Below, in pieces: positions 40,236 to 56,370 of a stretch of DNA of 64,000 nt. The stretch comes from the human T2T-CHM13v2.0 reference genome, Homo sapiens: the NCBI RefSeq assembly GCF_009914755.1, contig NC_060926.1, one strand, 5' to 3'. Within the stretch, counting starts at the first letter, position 1. The number at the start of each line of letters is the position of its first letter. Under the pieces are notes generated by a model. It did not search any database, had not been told where the DNA came from, and saw only the letters and a program-made list of their open reading frames with translations. The position numbers and the translations under genes were made by a program.

Positions 40236-40960
40236 TTATTATTATCCTTAATTTAAGTAGACTCTTTATTTCTCCCTACTCCTTACTGTCACAAGTGATA
40301 AAGCAATGGGAATACCTGTGTTTTATATTTCTTTTGCATTTGTAACCTCTCCCAGTACTCATGTTTGTTACTAATATGGTTAGTCATTTTTCTCCTATTG
40401 ATACTGTCGTTGTAGGTCAGGTAAACATGTATGTTCAGTCCTTCACTATGAGTGAGCCAAAAGTTCATATGAAGACTTCAGCATTGAGTCCCCAAAGGAT
40501 TTTTTAGAAAGTTCATTAATATCTTCATTTGTCTTCTTCCAAGATGAGCCTCTTGACTGACTCTTCTCAGAAAATGATTGACACTTTATGTGAGAGTAAA
40601 ACTTAAAGTGAGCTATGAATTAATGTTAAAACCAGATTACGAAAAAGTAAGACTTCATCCTACGATTCTACCATCCTATTATCCACTCACCTTGTACAAA
40701 AACAAAATCCAGAAACATTTTCAAAAAGGAAGGAAAATTCAGTCAAGTATTTTGGAAACTGAGTTCCAGTCATCATGGAGTAAACAAGCAATAAGCAGAT
40801 TAGGTAGCGCTGCAATAAATTAAAATTGTAACAGAGCTATAAATTAGATTCTGAATGTTTTCTAAATTTATTTTCAAACTTGACTTTTAATATATGTGAT
40901 TATTAAGATGTAATGGTGATGTGCTATGTAGATATGAATCTGTTACAGTAATCTATTTTT

Positions 40961-41054
40961 CTCTTAACATTTTATTATGAAAATGTGTAAACATACAATA
41001 AAGCTGAAAATTTTAGTGACTACTTATATGCTCATCATCTAGATTCTATCCTTG
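40961..41054 (-). mobile_element. Very short old L1M (L1MD-like) 3' end
   Basis: ttttattatgaaaatgtgtaaacataca ... catctagattcta; perfect 14-bp TSD agtaatctattttt at 40947 and 41055. Confidence 0.7.
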
Positions 41055-44000
41055 AGTAATCTATTTTTATAAAGGTATTGATGTAACTATTTTATAAATG
41101 AAAAACTACACACTAAAAACCAAATATGTGATCTCCAGCATCACAGAAATGAAATAAGGATTTTTTTTTAACTTAGGTAATATTGCTTGAACTGTAGTAA
41201 TTCAAATGTAGCAATTTCAAAGGTAGAATTTCCCATGTATTACTATACTGCTTCACATCAGCTCTATTAATAAAAGTAGAACAGTTGCAAAGGAACTTTT
41301 ATGATCTGTTTTGACAGGACAGACAATTTAAAAAGTTGTTAATAAAGGTTTTTAGAATTCACTATAAGCCTTTCATGTGGCTTTAGTTAGCCACATGGAG
41401 ATACGTTCTGGGACGAAAGTTGGAAGTATTCTCAAGAAGTAAAAAATACCAAATAATTTATAGGGGCACGAGTGGTTTGAAGTACTGTTTAGGATTAGAG
41501 TGGGTCTTGGCATTTGTCCAGAAACCAGACTACTTTGCACAATTATACTTGAATTCCTAATCATATCCACTAGCCTACTCTCTTAAATAGACCACAGAAA
41601 CCTTGCTCTTAACATTTAAGACAATGGAGTGTCTTGCTTTCTAGAAATGCTTTTATTTTTATTACCACTATGCAAATAAATGTAATTTTCACAGTGTCAT
41701 AACATTGATTTTGTCATTGAAGATATTATCTATTTTTTTCCCTGACAGTTTATGTTAAAATACATTTAGCTTTGTTAGGTAAGAGAACTTTGATACTTCC
41801 TTTTCCTATTTATTGTGTATACAGGTATATTTGCCTGGGATATATGGCATTTAAGGGTATTCTTTTAGAAGACTTGTCTAAGTTGTTAATAGTTGTAAAA
41901 TACCACATATTAATTTTTTTTCTACATTTAAATGACCATCGTCCTGTGTTACTGGACTTGTCTCAGAAATGAGGGAAATATAGGGCCATTATTAATTTTG
42001 TATTTGAATCATATCATTGGCTATTAATAATCTTCTACAGTCACATCTACATATATTAGCAGTGAAGAATCATTTCAGTGACAATTTGTTAGTCTTCAAA
42101 GAGAAAAAAGAAAAATCTGAGTTTCATACCAAGTCTTCTATAAGAACAATTCTAATGTCAATGTAGAGCCCTTTCTTTTTTGTTTTTAAAACTCTCTAAG
42201 ATAGCTCTACTTTATATGGAAACAAATTTTCTAAAGAGCAGGCAATGGATTTATGGAAATTTGCACATAAACGTGTAATCACATTTTGTCTAAAAACTGT
42301 AAAAATATTTTAACGTCATTCAAAACATACGTTAAATGTTGAGTAATACCAAGAAGCAATTTGATCTCATTTGCAGGGTCAACAGAGCAGTTAATACAAT
42401 GACAGTAGATTTGGGGAGGCTTTTGCGTAGAATCAAATCTGTTGGGATAATGAATACTTAAATAGTTTTAAACAGCAGGAAAAGATGAAAAAACACACTG
42501 AAACCCTTTGGAGGATTAAGTTAAATTTTGAAAATAATGATTGAAGCTAATACTTTAGATATTCTCATAGAAACAGAAAAACCAGTTGTTTAGTATAGCA
42601 AATATAGATTACATATTCTGTAGATTGTCATGGCATTTTTTTGTAATCTGATTTTTTTTTTCAATTTCAGAAGATAATGAATAAACCCTAGGTAACTCTT
42701 TCATTTCCATTCCCTTAACAAATAACTGCAGTCTCTCATAGACCATTTTGATTCCTGCTGGTTTCTCTATCTTGTTTGTCTGAAGGTAGAGCAGAGACAC
42801 CTCTGTGTATTGTATTTTCTGTCAGCTAGTTCTTAGATCTTTCAACTATTTTTTTTTTTTTTTAAATCCTTGATACATGCTTTCCAAAGGCTGAGGAAAC
42901 AGAAAGTGAGAGAGGGGTGAAAGCTGTATATAATGGGGATTATCTGGAGATTAGTTAAAGTTTCACTAATGCCATTAATTTAAATATTTGACTCCGGCCC
43001 TTTCGTGTATGAGATTTGTTCCGCCATTACTTCAGGTAGATTTCATTACCTCGACTGGACTGCCTAAATACAACTTTTGTGTCAGTCAATATGGTTATAC
43101 TTATACTTAATTTACACATGCTAATGGCAATATTAGATCTATTGAACAGATATCATCAGTAAACAGTTAATGATTGATATTCAGGTCCAACTTTGATTAT
43201 TGATCATATAATATTTTGTGTAATTTCTGTGGTTATTATAAATATATGATTGATAACCAGTTATTCAGGCAATTTGCATTTATAATTTTTTATGTAGATT
43301 TTACTAATCAGCTAGAAATATCTCTTCATGAAGGTAATTATTAGTAAAAAAATTTGTGCAGAGAATTGCGCAGAGTATCTTAACTTTATTCTAACTTATC
43401 CTACTACTAGGAATGTTCTTAATAATCTTTATTAAAAACTTAGTTTCTTAGATTGTCTGTACCTGTGTTAAAATGTGGTCTACAGCCATTTAAATAAAAG
43501 GTCTCTATTTTATGACTTATGTGAATTTCGGATTTGTAACGTATATATGTATGTATATTTATGTTTGTGCATTTGTGCATAAGTTAAATCTTTGACTAAA
43601 AGATGGACCTCAACAAGTGTGGGAAAGTGTTATAGTTACAATATCCTGCTTTTTGCTTTTCTGTATAAGAGACTTGGTAGCTGCATCATATATCATGGTC
43701 ATCCAAACCTCTTGTTTTAAATGAGAGACATAGTTAATCATAATTAAAAATGCTAAATAAATTTGAAATAGGAACTATTTGACCCATTAAATAAAAAGAT
43801 CCCAGGAATTCTTAGATGTAAAGTTATCTAATTCTTGAGATTTAACTTAAAAATATAAGTATTTATTTATGGGTAGTTTTAAATTTGTCTTTCAAGCATT
43901 ATGGAGATTAGAAATTTTGTGTGCTTTTTTTAAATTTGAAGGTCCTTAATAAAACAGTATGTAATTGTGAGAAGCAAGAGTGCTGCAGCATGTTGTGTCT

Positions 44001-46085
44001 TTTAAATATCTTTGAGAGTAACAGAAAAGCCCAAATTCTCTCCTAGTGTCGTTTTTAAAATCAAGTATTGAAACTGAATATAGTTCAGCTAAGCTTTCTT
44101 TGCTGTCACTCTTAACATTGCCATAACTCTACTTTCCTAGTCATTTGATTGTACAGAAAAAAGTAAATTCTTTTACTATGTAAGTATACCCTTATCATCA
44201 ATCATGTACTGCATAATGCATAGAAAAGAATACATGTAACATTTTTTGAAGCATAACAGTAACACAATACTGATGATTTCTCACCCAGCTTAAAAACTAG
44301 ATGGTATCATTGAATCTCTATATGTTGTCTGTCCCTATTCAGTCACTCTATTTCCCTTCACCCAGATGTGATCATTATTCTAAGATGTTTTCATTCATTT
44401 CCTTACTTCTTATAAAAATAATGGTTTCTGAATGTATTACTAAACGGCATATATTGTTTAATTTTGAGCACTATACATTACATAATGTAATTACCTATTA
44501 ATGTAATTATTATAATGTAATTATACTTTTTTCTCTTAAATCTTGTTTTAAGATTTATTTGAGTCTTGGCATGTAGCTATAGTTAAATTTCATGCTGTAT
44601 ACGATTTTATTACGTGGATATACTTGTATTCATTGTAGTAGGGTATATTGGGTGTTCCATGTTTATTTTGTTTTTTGTCACTATGAACAATCGTACTGTG
44701 AAGATTACTGAACATGTGTTCTAGTAATATGTGAGTAAATTCTTTCATTGTATATCTAAGAGTGGAATAGGTGAGTCTCACAGAGAACGTGCATATTCAA
44801 CCATGCAAGATAATGCCAAATTGGTGATACACTGATACACATTTCCACCAGCAAAGTGCAATAGTTCTCTTTGCGCTGCAGGTTTATCAACTCTGACAAT
44901 CTTCAGACTTCTTGATTTTTCCTAATCTATGGGTATAAAAATAGTATTTCATCATGGTTTTAATTTGCATTTCTAATAATGAGGTTGAACAATTTTTTTA
45001 TGTTTATCTTCCATTCTCATTTCTGTGAAATGCCTTTTTTTTGTTATTTGTCCCCCTGCCCCCAATTTTGTTTTATTAGGGGTTCTTATGTATTGTGGAT
45101 ACAGATGCCTTTTGTACATATATGTTGCAAAAATCTTCTCTCTGTTAATGACTTGGTTCTTTTATGGTATATTAGTGAAAAGAACTGAATTTAAATGGTA
45201 GTTAAATTTATCAGTCTCTTATATGATTAGCACTTTTTGTGTCATGGTTAAGAAATTACTTTCTGTCCCAAGGTCTCGAGGATATCTTTATTTTTTTTTC
45301 AAAGGCTTGCCCTTAGTGTTCCAAATTTATTTGGAATTGATTCTTTGAAAAGGGTAAGGTAGTAGTCCAATTTCATTTTTCTCCATATGGATAACTATTT
45401 GTTTTAGTAACTTTATTGAATAGTCCAGTGGCTAGAGTGCCATCTGTCATTTCATGATTCTTTTTTTGCCTAGTTCTGTGTTGGGCTCTTCCATTCTATT
45501 CATCAAGTTGTCTATCTCTGCACAAATAGTACATGATATAGTTTTAATTACTATAATTCTAATGAGTCTTGATATCTAGTAGGACAAGTATCTGTATTTT
45601 CATTAGGAGCTGCCTGACGCATTCATATAAAATGAGAATCAGCTTATCAAATTCCTTGGAAAAGTATTCTTGTGGTTTTAATTAGAATTTTATTGAATTT
45701 GAGAAATTAGAAGTAGAATTCTTAAAAATGTTGAATTTTCTTTTTCATAAACATACTGTATCACCCTCATTTATTTAGGATTTCTTTAATTCTGATTTTG
45801 CTTTGTAATTTTCTGTATTCAAGTATTGTACATCTTTTGCTAAATTTATTTCTAGGAGTTTAATATTTTTGATGCTTTTGTAAGTTTTATCTAAAAACTT
45901 GTTTTTTATCTAGCAACCTTGTATAAATGTTCTTTTTAATTCTAATAATTTGCTTATACATTACATTCTTTGATTTTTATCTGTAGACAATCTTTTTTTT
46001 TTTTTTTTTTTAAGTTCTGTTTCTTACTTTACTGTCTAGGACAACCAAGTCATAATTGAGCTTCTTTTCTTGTTCCATGTTTTAA

Positions 46086-46463
<378 letters not shown>

Positions 46464-46634
46464 CCTCTATTTTTCCATGAAAGTATTTTGGTTGTCTTTG
46501 GTGGTGGTGGTGGTGGCCTTATGTAAACTCTTCATTGGGCATTAAATTTTAATGAATACTTTATCTACTAAAGTAATAATCATATGGTTTTGCTTTAATC
46601 TATTAATATGATAAATTGAATATGTATATTTTTC

Positions 46635-46720
46635 TTTTGTATTTATTTATTTATTTATTTTTTGAGACGGAGTCTTGCTCTGTCGCCCAGGCTGGAGTGC
46701 AGTGGCACGATCTCATCTCA
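46635..46720 (-). mobile_element. Severely 5'-truncated Alu with (TTTA)n tail
   Basis: About 57 nt of the Alu 3' end; 17-bp TSD gaat(a/g)tgtatatttttc at 46618 and 46721. Confidence 0.88.
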
Positions 46721-48964
46721 GAATGTGTATATTTTTCTAATGTCAGACTAACTTTGCATTTCCAATTTGGCAATATATATTATCTTTTTTCAATATGAAC
46801 AGTCTTGGATATGATTTGTTACTAAGAGTCTTACATGTGTGTTCATGATTTGAGATTGGCTTCTTTTTTTCTTACACCTAATTAGCCTGTTTTTAATACT
46901 GGCCTCAGAGAAAAAAAATTATTTTTTTATTTTTTATTTTTGATTCTCAGAAGCGTTTTAAGAGTGGAATGATCTCACTTGAAATTTGATAGAAGTCTCC
47001 TGTAAAACTATGTGGACCTGGTGGTTTTGTATTTGGGATAAGGTGGGGAAAAGGTGGAAATTAACTACAAGTCCCGTCTCTATATTGTATAACCAGTATT
47101 CACTTAGTCTGTTCTTTTTAGTAGGTTGAATTTTTCTAGGAATTAGAGCATTTATTTTTTTCATGTCTGTTATTTCTGTCTTCTCTCTGTCTTGTCACAA
47201 GGTTTCTATGTTTTATTAGTCTTGACCCAAAAATTTAAAAAAAATTTTAGTTTTTATTGACACTATTTTGTGTTTGTGTTGTGTTTCACTAGTTTATACT
47301 ATTACGTTTGTTACCTTTTCTATTTACTTGAGCTAATTTTGCTGTTCTTTTTGTAATTTTTTAGATTGGGTTCTTAATTTTTAGCTTTTCTTCTGTAATA
47401 CAAACATTAAAGCTGTACATTTACCTCTAAGTACTGATTTTTGTGGCCTCTCATACTATTTTTTTAAAAAATTTGTTAAAAATTGCTTTTGGACCTAATG
47501 TATTGTTAGATTTTATACATATGTCCAGTGTGCTTGAGAAAAATATCTCTTCTCTGATTGTTACATATAGGGTTTGCTATGTTTTCATTAAATCATGTTC
47601 ATTTATTATGTGGTTCAGATATTCTGTATCTTCATTTTTTCCCTCTGGTTGTCAAAAACAAGATACGTAGAAATGTGTTTGCTGTATTACTTTTTATTTA
47701 TATATTGCTGTATAATCTTTGCTGTATTACTATACCTTGAGGCTATTTTATTATGTAGAGCAAGCTTACAATGTTTCAGTAGCATATATTTTTACCGTTT
47801 TTGTTTTTTTGTCATTTTAAAGTACCACATTACTCTGTGTGTTTTTATTTATTTAGTCTGACAGTCTTTTAAGAGTTTGGTTTGTTTGTATTCATTATGA
47901 TAGGGGTTTGTTACTACCATTTACTTAACGACTACTTTCTGTTTTTCTCTTTCTGCGCCCCTCCTCCTTGCCTTGCCTTTTTGATTGATTGAGGACTGTT
48001 TGCTTATTAGTTTTGGTGTTTTGTTTTGTTTTGCTCATAATTCCATTCCTTCTTTACACCCATTTTTGGAGGCTATACACTATTTCTGTATCCTTAGTGG
48101 TTCTGAAACTTTACTGTGCTTACTTAAAAAGAAGTCGTAAGTTAATAATCTTAACTCATTCTAGTATAAGACAATGATTGTGAAACAGTTTAATTTTAAT
48201 CAGCTCCTTTCCTGATTAAATGTTTCCAGACTAGTGACTTTTAAAATGCCAGTTGCTTCTGTTTAACTCAAAAGTTTGTCCGGCTCACAAATGCCATTTT
48301 GGAAATGCCATGTAGCCTGTTCTTACAATCTAAGAGTATTCTGCAATGGAAAACCAGCTTCAGGGAGGTGCTCCATTAGGAAAATCTAGAAACCAAAAAC
48401 TGTGGATAATCACTTTGCTGAGGTTTTCATTCCCTGAAGAAGCAAAAGTTGCTAGTCTCCCTTTGAACAAATTTTATGCCTAGCTTTTCTTGGGTTTAGA
48501 GGGCAAAATTAACTTTTTTTGTTGAAGTAGTGTGTTATGAAGGCTAAAGCGAACATCATTATTTCAAAGGAAAAGTAAAATAGAATATGGTCTTACTCAC
48601 CTGGTAGCAATTGCATAAAATAACGTGTATCCAACATTAATTTTTAATCGGTAATATTTTTTTCCTCTGGAGAGCCAGCTTCTGCTATCTGATAAAAAAT
48701 ATATATTATCCTTTTATATACATGGGTTACAAAAAAGTCATTTGACTAACTTATTCAAATGGCCCCTATTTAACGAACCTCTGTAGTAGATAGCGTGGAT
48801 AAGATAATGAAGTTTCAAAGAAACATTTGAGTCATTTAGTATTTTTCAATATCTTTATATCTTAGGACTTTCTCATTTGTCAGTGTCTCATTTGACCCAT
48901 TTCTTTATTCTTATTCTTTATTCTTAACTCCAGATTTTTTAACTTGATATTTATTTTCTTCTAA

Positions 48965-51023
<2,059 letters not shown>

Positions 51024-51915
51024 GAAATTTCCTGGAACTAGCATGTCAGAATACCATTTTATGTCCAGCTTAAAGTTTAGTGTGAACCTTGAATTTTATT
51101 TCATTTCTATTTATATTCAAGTTTCTAAAGAACAAGTTTCCATGAACAAATGTGGCTTTCAACAGGTGAAATGATTTGAGTAATAGAAAAAAATTAGAAT
51201 TTGAAAAATTTGAAGAATTTAAAAAGTTAACATATTTGAAGAATATGAAATACTAACATTAGGGAAGATTAGTTTGATACTTTTAATTTAGGAACTATTA
51301 GAGAAAGGGGAAAGACAACTGATATTTTAGGTGATTCTATTTAGATAAATGGCAAAATCCGCCTTGGAAAAGCTACATAATAAATATACAAGTCATTTGT
51401 AAACTATTCGGATCACTTAGGTGCTTTATGGTTAGTATTCATATTTTAAAATTAATGTACATTACAGCAAAATAACTGTTTTGTTTTAATATTTATATGC
51501 ATTCTATATAAGGGATAACCTTTTGAATTGTAAAAAGTGAAACCTACAAAGTAAAACCTACACCTATTATACTATGATTTGCATGATGTAAGGCTATAAA
51601 TGTATATTCCTTTTTCTGAACTATTCTTTCAAGGGTTGCAGTAGTACTGTCAGCTGCTGATTTTTCTTTTTGAACTTAAACACAGCTTTTGTCATTGTCA
51701 TGGAAATGTTACCATGTTCTTTATTTTAAAATGTATTTATAAAAAATATGAATTACTTTTTAAATAGTAATAACTACTCTTACTAGTGATATATATTACT
51801 TTCAGTAGATGTATTATATATTACTCTTGGTAATATTATATATGTATACTTTAATAAACATGTAAAAAGCATGCAATGCTAAGCTCATTAGTAATATATT
51901 AGTAATGATACATAG

Positions 51916-52110
51916 CAAGCTTGTTCAACCCATGACCCGTGGGTCACATGCGTCCCAGGACGTTTTTCTAGCCCAACACAAATTCGAAAACTTCCTTGAA
52001 ACATTATTAGATTTTTTTTGCAATTTTTTTTAAGCTCATCGGGTGTCATTAATGTTAGTGTATTTTATATGTGACCCAAGACAATTCTTTTTTTAGTGTG
52101 GACACCCCTG
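51916..52110. mobile_element. MER30
   Basis: caagcttgttcaacc ... ggacacccctg; TSD atacatag/atatatag. Confidence 0.88.
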
Positions 52111-52698
52111 ATATATAGTTGTACTTGATTGTTCCCAAGGGTTTTTACCACAGGAACAGAGGAAGGTCACATAATAGGTAATATAAGCTGATGATGAATT
52201 TTACTCATAATTTAATGGCCAGCTGTGTCAGAATTTAAGATTTATTTTGTTTGGTGTTGAACTCTATAGGTATAAAGTAAGCCTCCAATGTGGTAAGTGA
52301 TGTCAGTACAGTGCATTCTTCAAACAGTAAAGTCAATCCTGATTTCTTGAGTGGTATGTTTGAAATACCAAATTCCTTATTGAAATGGACAGAATGAAGG
52401 ACTTGGCTCACAGCAGGCAACAGGCAACATCTTGTACATTCTAATTTTTGCAAAGAAAGAACGAAGTTGGAGGACTCATACTACTTGATTCTGACGTACT
52501 AGGTAAACATAGAGTAATCAAAATAGTGTGGTATTGGCATGGGTTGGGCATATAGATCAGTGAAACAGAATAAGGAGCCCAGAAGTAGATCCACACATAA
52601 ATGGTCAGTTGATTTTCAGCAGAAATGCCAAGGTAATTCAGTAGGGAAAGGATTTCGACATAAAGTGTTAGAATAACTGAGTATCTATACACAAAATA

Positions 52699-53305
52699 CA
52701 GCAGGTCCTTGAATAATGGTTCATTCAACATTGTATTGTACTTACAACGTTCATGAGGAAAAAACCTGATTCCTGGCAGGGGCCATTGTGTGGAGTTTGC
52801 ATCTTCTCCCGTGTCTGTGTGGGCTTTCTCCGTGTATTCTGGTTCCCTCCTAAATTTCAGAGATGTGCATGTTAAGTGAATTGGTGTGCCTAAATTGTCC
52901 CCACCTGAGTGAGTGAGGGGGTGTGGGGGTTATGTGAAAGTGTGCCCAGTGATGCAGGAGCATCCTGTCCAGGGATGGTTCACACCCTGTGCCCTGGGCT
53001 GCTGGAACTCTTCAGCCACCCTCTACCCTGAACTGGAATAAGTGGGTAAACAATACTCTAACTTGTTTTTTATTAACTTTTCTTAACTGTATGTATAGCT
53101 CACATTTATTTCAATGCTTGATATTAGAAATATTTTGGTCTTTATTTAGTAAATTTTGGTGATGTTGTGACCAGAAATATGACATAGGAACTTAAATCTT
53201 GTTTATGTCAATTAGCCTGTGGTTAAATTGGTTTCAGTATATGTCATTTCACATAAAGTTGCAGTTTCCAAGAACCTATCCACAACATTAAGCGAAGACT
53301 TACTG
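52699..53305 (+). mobile_element. MER6A (Tc1/mariner-type MITE)
   Basis: TIRs cagcaggtcctt and aagacttactg, TA TSDs, internal tgtggagtttgcatcttctcccgtgtctgtgtgggctttctcc. Confidence 0.88.
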
Positions 53306-53338
53306 TATTGAACCTTGATTGTGACCTCACATCATCCA

Positions 53339-54791
53339 TAGTTATGCATTGTATAATGACATTTTGATGAACAACAGTCCTCATATATAATGGTGGTTCC
53401 AGAAGATTATGATAGAGCTGAAAAATTCCTGTCACCTAATTGAGGTTGTAGTCATCGTAGCATCGTCAGACAGTGCATTACTCACATGTTTGTGGTGATG
53501 CTGGTGGAAACAAACTTGTGCTGCCAGCAAATATAATTATATGTAGTACATACTTGATAATAAACAACTGTGTTCCTGGTTTATGTATTTACTGTACTTT
53601 TTATTGTTATTTTAGAGTGTACTCCTTATTTTTTTAAAGTTAACTCTAAAACAGCCTCAGGCAGTTCTTTCAGGAGGTATTGCAGGAGAAGGCATTGTTA
53701 TAGGAGATGACAGCTCTATGTGTATGTTATTGCTCATGAGGACCCTACAGTGGAACAGGATGTGGCGGTGGAAGACAGTAGTGATATATATGCTCCTGAG
53801 CCTGTGTGAGCCTAGGCTAATGTGTATGTTTGTGTCTTAGTTTTTACAAAAAAAGTTTAAAAAATTAAATAAAATAACTTTTAAAAATAAAAAAGCTTAT
53901 AGACAAATACAAAGGAAAATATTTTTGTACAGCTATACACTGTGTTTGTGTTTTAAGCTCAGTGTTACTACAGAAGAATCAGAAAGTTAAAAAAAAATTT
54001 TAAGTTGACATAGTAAAAAAGTTACAGCCAGGCTCACACCTGTAATGCCAGCACTTTTAGGAGGTTGAGGGGGGAGGATTATTTGAGGCCAGAAGTTTGA
54101 GGCCAGCCTGGGCAATATAGCAAGACACCATCTCTACAAAAAATTTAAAAATTAGCGGGCATGGTGGCATATGCCTGTAGTCCCAGGTGCTTGGGAGGCT
54201 GAGGTGGGAGGACCACTTGAGCCCAGGAGTTCAAGATTGCAGTGAACTATGATCATACCACTGCACTCTGGTCTGAGTGACAAAGTCAGATCTTGTCTCT
54301 AAGCACAAAATAAAAGTTATAGTAAGCTAAAGTTAATTTATTATTGTGGAAGAAAAGTATTTTTGTATAAATTTAGTATAGCCTAAGTGTTTATAAAGCC
54401 TGCAGTAGTGCACAGATACATCCTACGCCTTCACTACTCACCCCTGACTCACCCAGACCAACTTCCAGTCCTGAAAGCTCCATTGTGGTAAGTGCCCAAT
54501 ACAAGTGTACCACTTTTTATCTTTTATATCATTTTTACTGTACCTTTCCTGTGTGTTTAGATACACAAATCACATTGTTTTACAGTTGCCTACAGTATTC
54601 TATATAATAACATACTGTGTGAGTTTGTAGCCTGGGAGCAATAGGCTATACCATATAACCTAAGTGTGTAGTAGGCTGTACCATCTAGCTTTGTGTAAAT
54701 ACGCTATGATGTTTGAAAAATGACAAAATCCCCGAATGACACATTTCTGAGGTCATATTCTTGTTGTTAAACATTAAGTGACACATGACCA
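53339..54791. mobile_element. Tigger3b (MER7/Golem family), split by AluJ
   Basis: agttatgcattgtataatgac ... gagctgaaaaattcct ... taggctataccatata ... ttaagtgacacatgac. Confidence 0.85.
54028..54311 (+). mobile_element. AluJ nested in Tigger3b
   Basis: J-type gaggtgggaggaccacttgagcccaggagttc; TSD aaaagtta(c/t)ag at 54017 and 54312. Confidence 0.9.
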
Positions 54792-55383
54792 TACAAAAAT
54801 TAATTCAAAATGGGTCATTGACCTAAATGTAGGAGCTAAAGCTATAACTTCTAGAATATAATGTAAGAGCAAAATTTTATGCCCTTGGATTAAGTAAAAA
54901 TCTCTTAGGACAAAAGCAAGAAATAAAATAATTGGCAGGTGGAACTTAAAGTAAAAGACACTGTTGAGAAGATGAAAAGGCAAATCACAGAAAGGGAGAA
55001 AATAATTTGAAAACCTCTGTCTGATAAAAGACTTGTATCCAGAACATGCAAGTCTTAACATACAAGTCTTATATCTTAATAGACAAACCAATTTAAAATG
55101 GACAAAAGATTTGAATAGAGATGTTACTGATGAAGCTGTATGAATAACAGTGGTGCTTACACATCATTAGTCGTTAGAAAAATGCAAATTAAAACCACGA
55201 TGAAATACAACTACATACTGACTAGAATGGTTAAAATAATTATAAAAAAACAGGATGAGGAAGGATGTGTAGCCGTTGAAACTCTCATACATTACCATTG
55301 AGAAGGCAAAATGGTATGGCCACTTGGGATAACAGTTTTGGGGTTTCTTACTATAAACATACACTTACTACCATGTGACTCAG

Positions 55384-55500
55384 TGTTACTGGTTAAATTA
55401 CATCCTCCAAAATGGTATGTTTAAGTCCTAACCTCCAGTACCTCAGAATGTGACCTTTTTTTTTTTTTTTTTTTTTTTTGGAAATAGGGTCATTGCAGTG
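55384..55500 (+). mobile_element. MLT1B/C 5' fragment with an internal T24 run
   Basis: gtcctaacctccagtacctcagaatgtgacc[T24]ggaaatagggtcattgcag. Confidence 0.7.
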
Positions 55501-55819
55501 GAACGAGGAAACATTTTTGGGGTGGTGGATATGCTCTATATCATGGTTGTAGTGATGTTACAGGACTGTACATTTGTCAAAACTTAGCAGTGTTTATTTC
55601 AAAATGGTGAATAAATTTTATAAATAAATTTATACTTCAAAGCTGATTAAAAACATTTGAAAAATACAATAAATGGCTACATTGAAAATGTAATGAATAT
55701 ACTTTTAGTTCAAAAAGTGGGTGCAGACGAGCATTCTGGCTCCTGGAGCGGCTGGGAGGGCGACTTATAACTAGAATGCCTGTGGTCGAATGTAAAAACA
55801 TTGTCTTAAGAGTGTACAG

Positions 55820-55948
55820 GGACTGGTGTGGTGGCTCACGCCTGTAATCCCAGCACTTTGGGATTTCGAGGTGGGCAGATTGCTTGAACTCAGGAGTTTG
55901 AGACCATCCTGAGCAACATGGCGAGACTCCCATCTCTACAAAAAAACA
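55820..55948 (+). mobile_element. FLAM_C-like / Alu left monomer
   Basis: Single arm with A tail; agtgtaca repeated on both sides. Confidence 0.85.
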
Positions 55949-56079
55949 AGTGTACAAATGCTAATTTTGGCCATGATAAAATTTCTAATAGTGTCACTTG
56001 CAAAGTCAAAAAATTCATCTCAATAATTTTATAATGACAAAGACACTGATGTCTAGGAGTTAAATAAAATTTTCGTAAA

Positions 56080-56370
56080 ATGTCATCCCGTGGTATCCTT
56101 GGGGGATTGGTTCTGGGACTTCCACAGATACCAAAATTCTCAAAATACTCAAGTTCCTTATATAAAATGGCATACTATTTGCATATAACCTATGTATATC
56201 TTCTGGTATACTTTGATTACTTATAATACCAAATACAATATAAATAATAGTTGTTAAACTGTATTGGCTTTTTATTTGTGTGATTTCTTATTAGTTTTTT
56301 TCTGCATATTTTCTGTTTGTGGTTGGTTGAATCTGTGTATGTAGAACCCATGGGTACAGAGGGCTGACTG
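56080..56370. mobile_element. MER2 (Tigger-derived MITE)
   Basis: gggggattggttc ... cttatataaaatggcatactatttgcatataaccta ... gagggctgactg followed by ta. Confidence 0.88.

Larger units (their letters stand above)
52445..55645 (+). mobile_element. Old sense L1M (ORF2 3' part), fragmented by MER6A, Tigger3b and an MLT1 fragment
   Basis: gaagttggaggactcatactac, tggtcagttgattttc, catacaaaaattaattcaaaatgg, aatgcaaattaaaaccac; colinear across the insertions. Confidence 0.8.
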
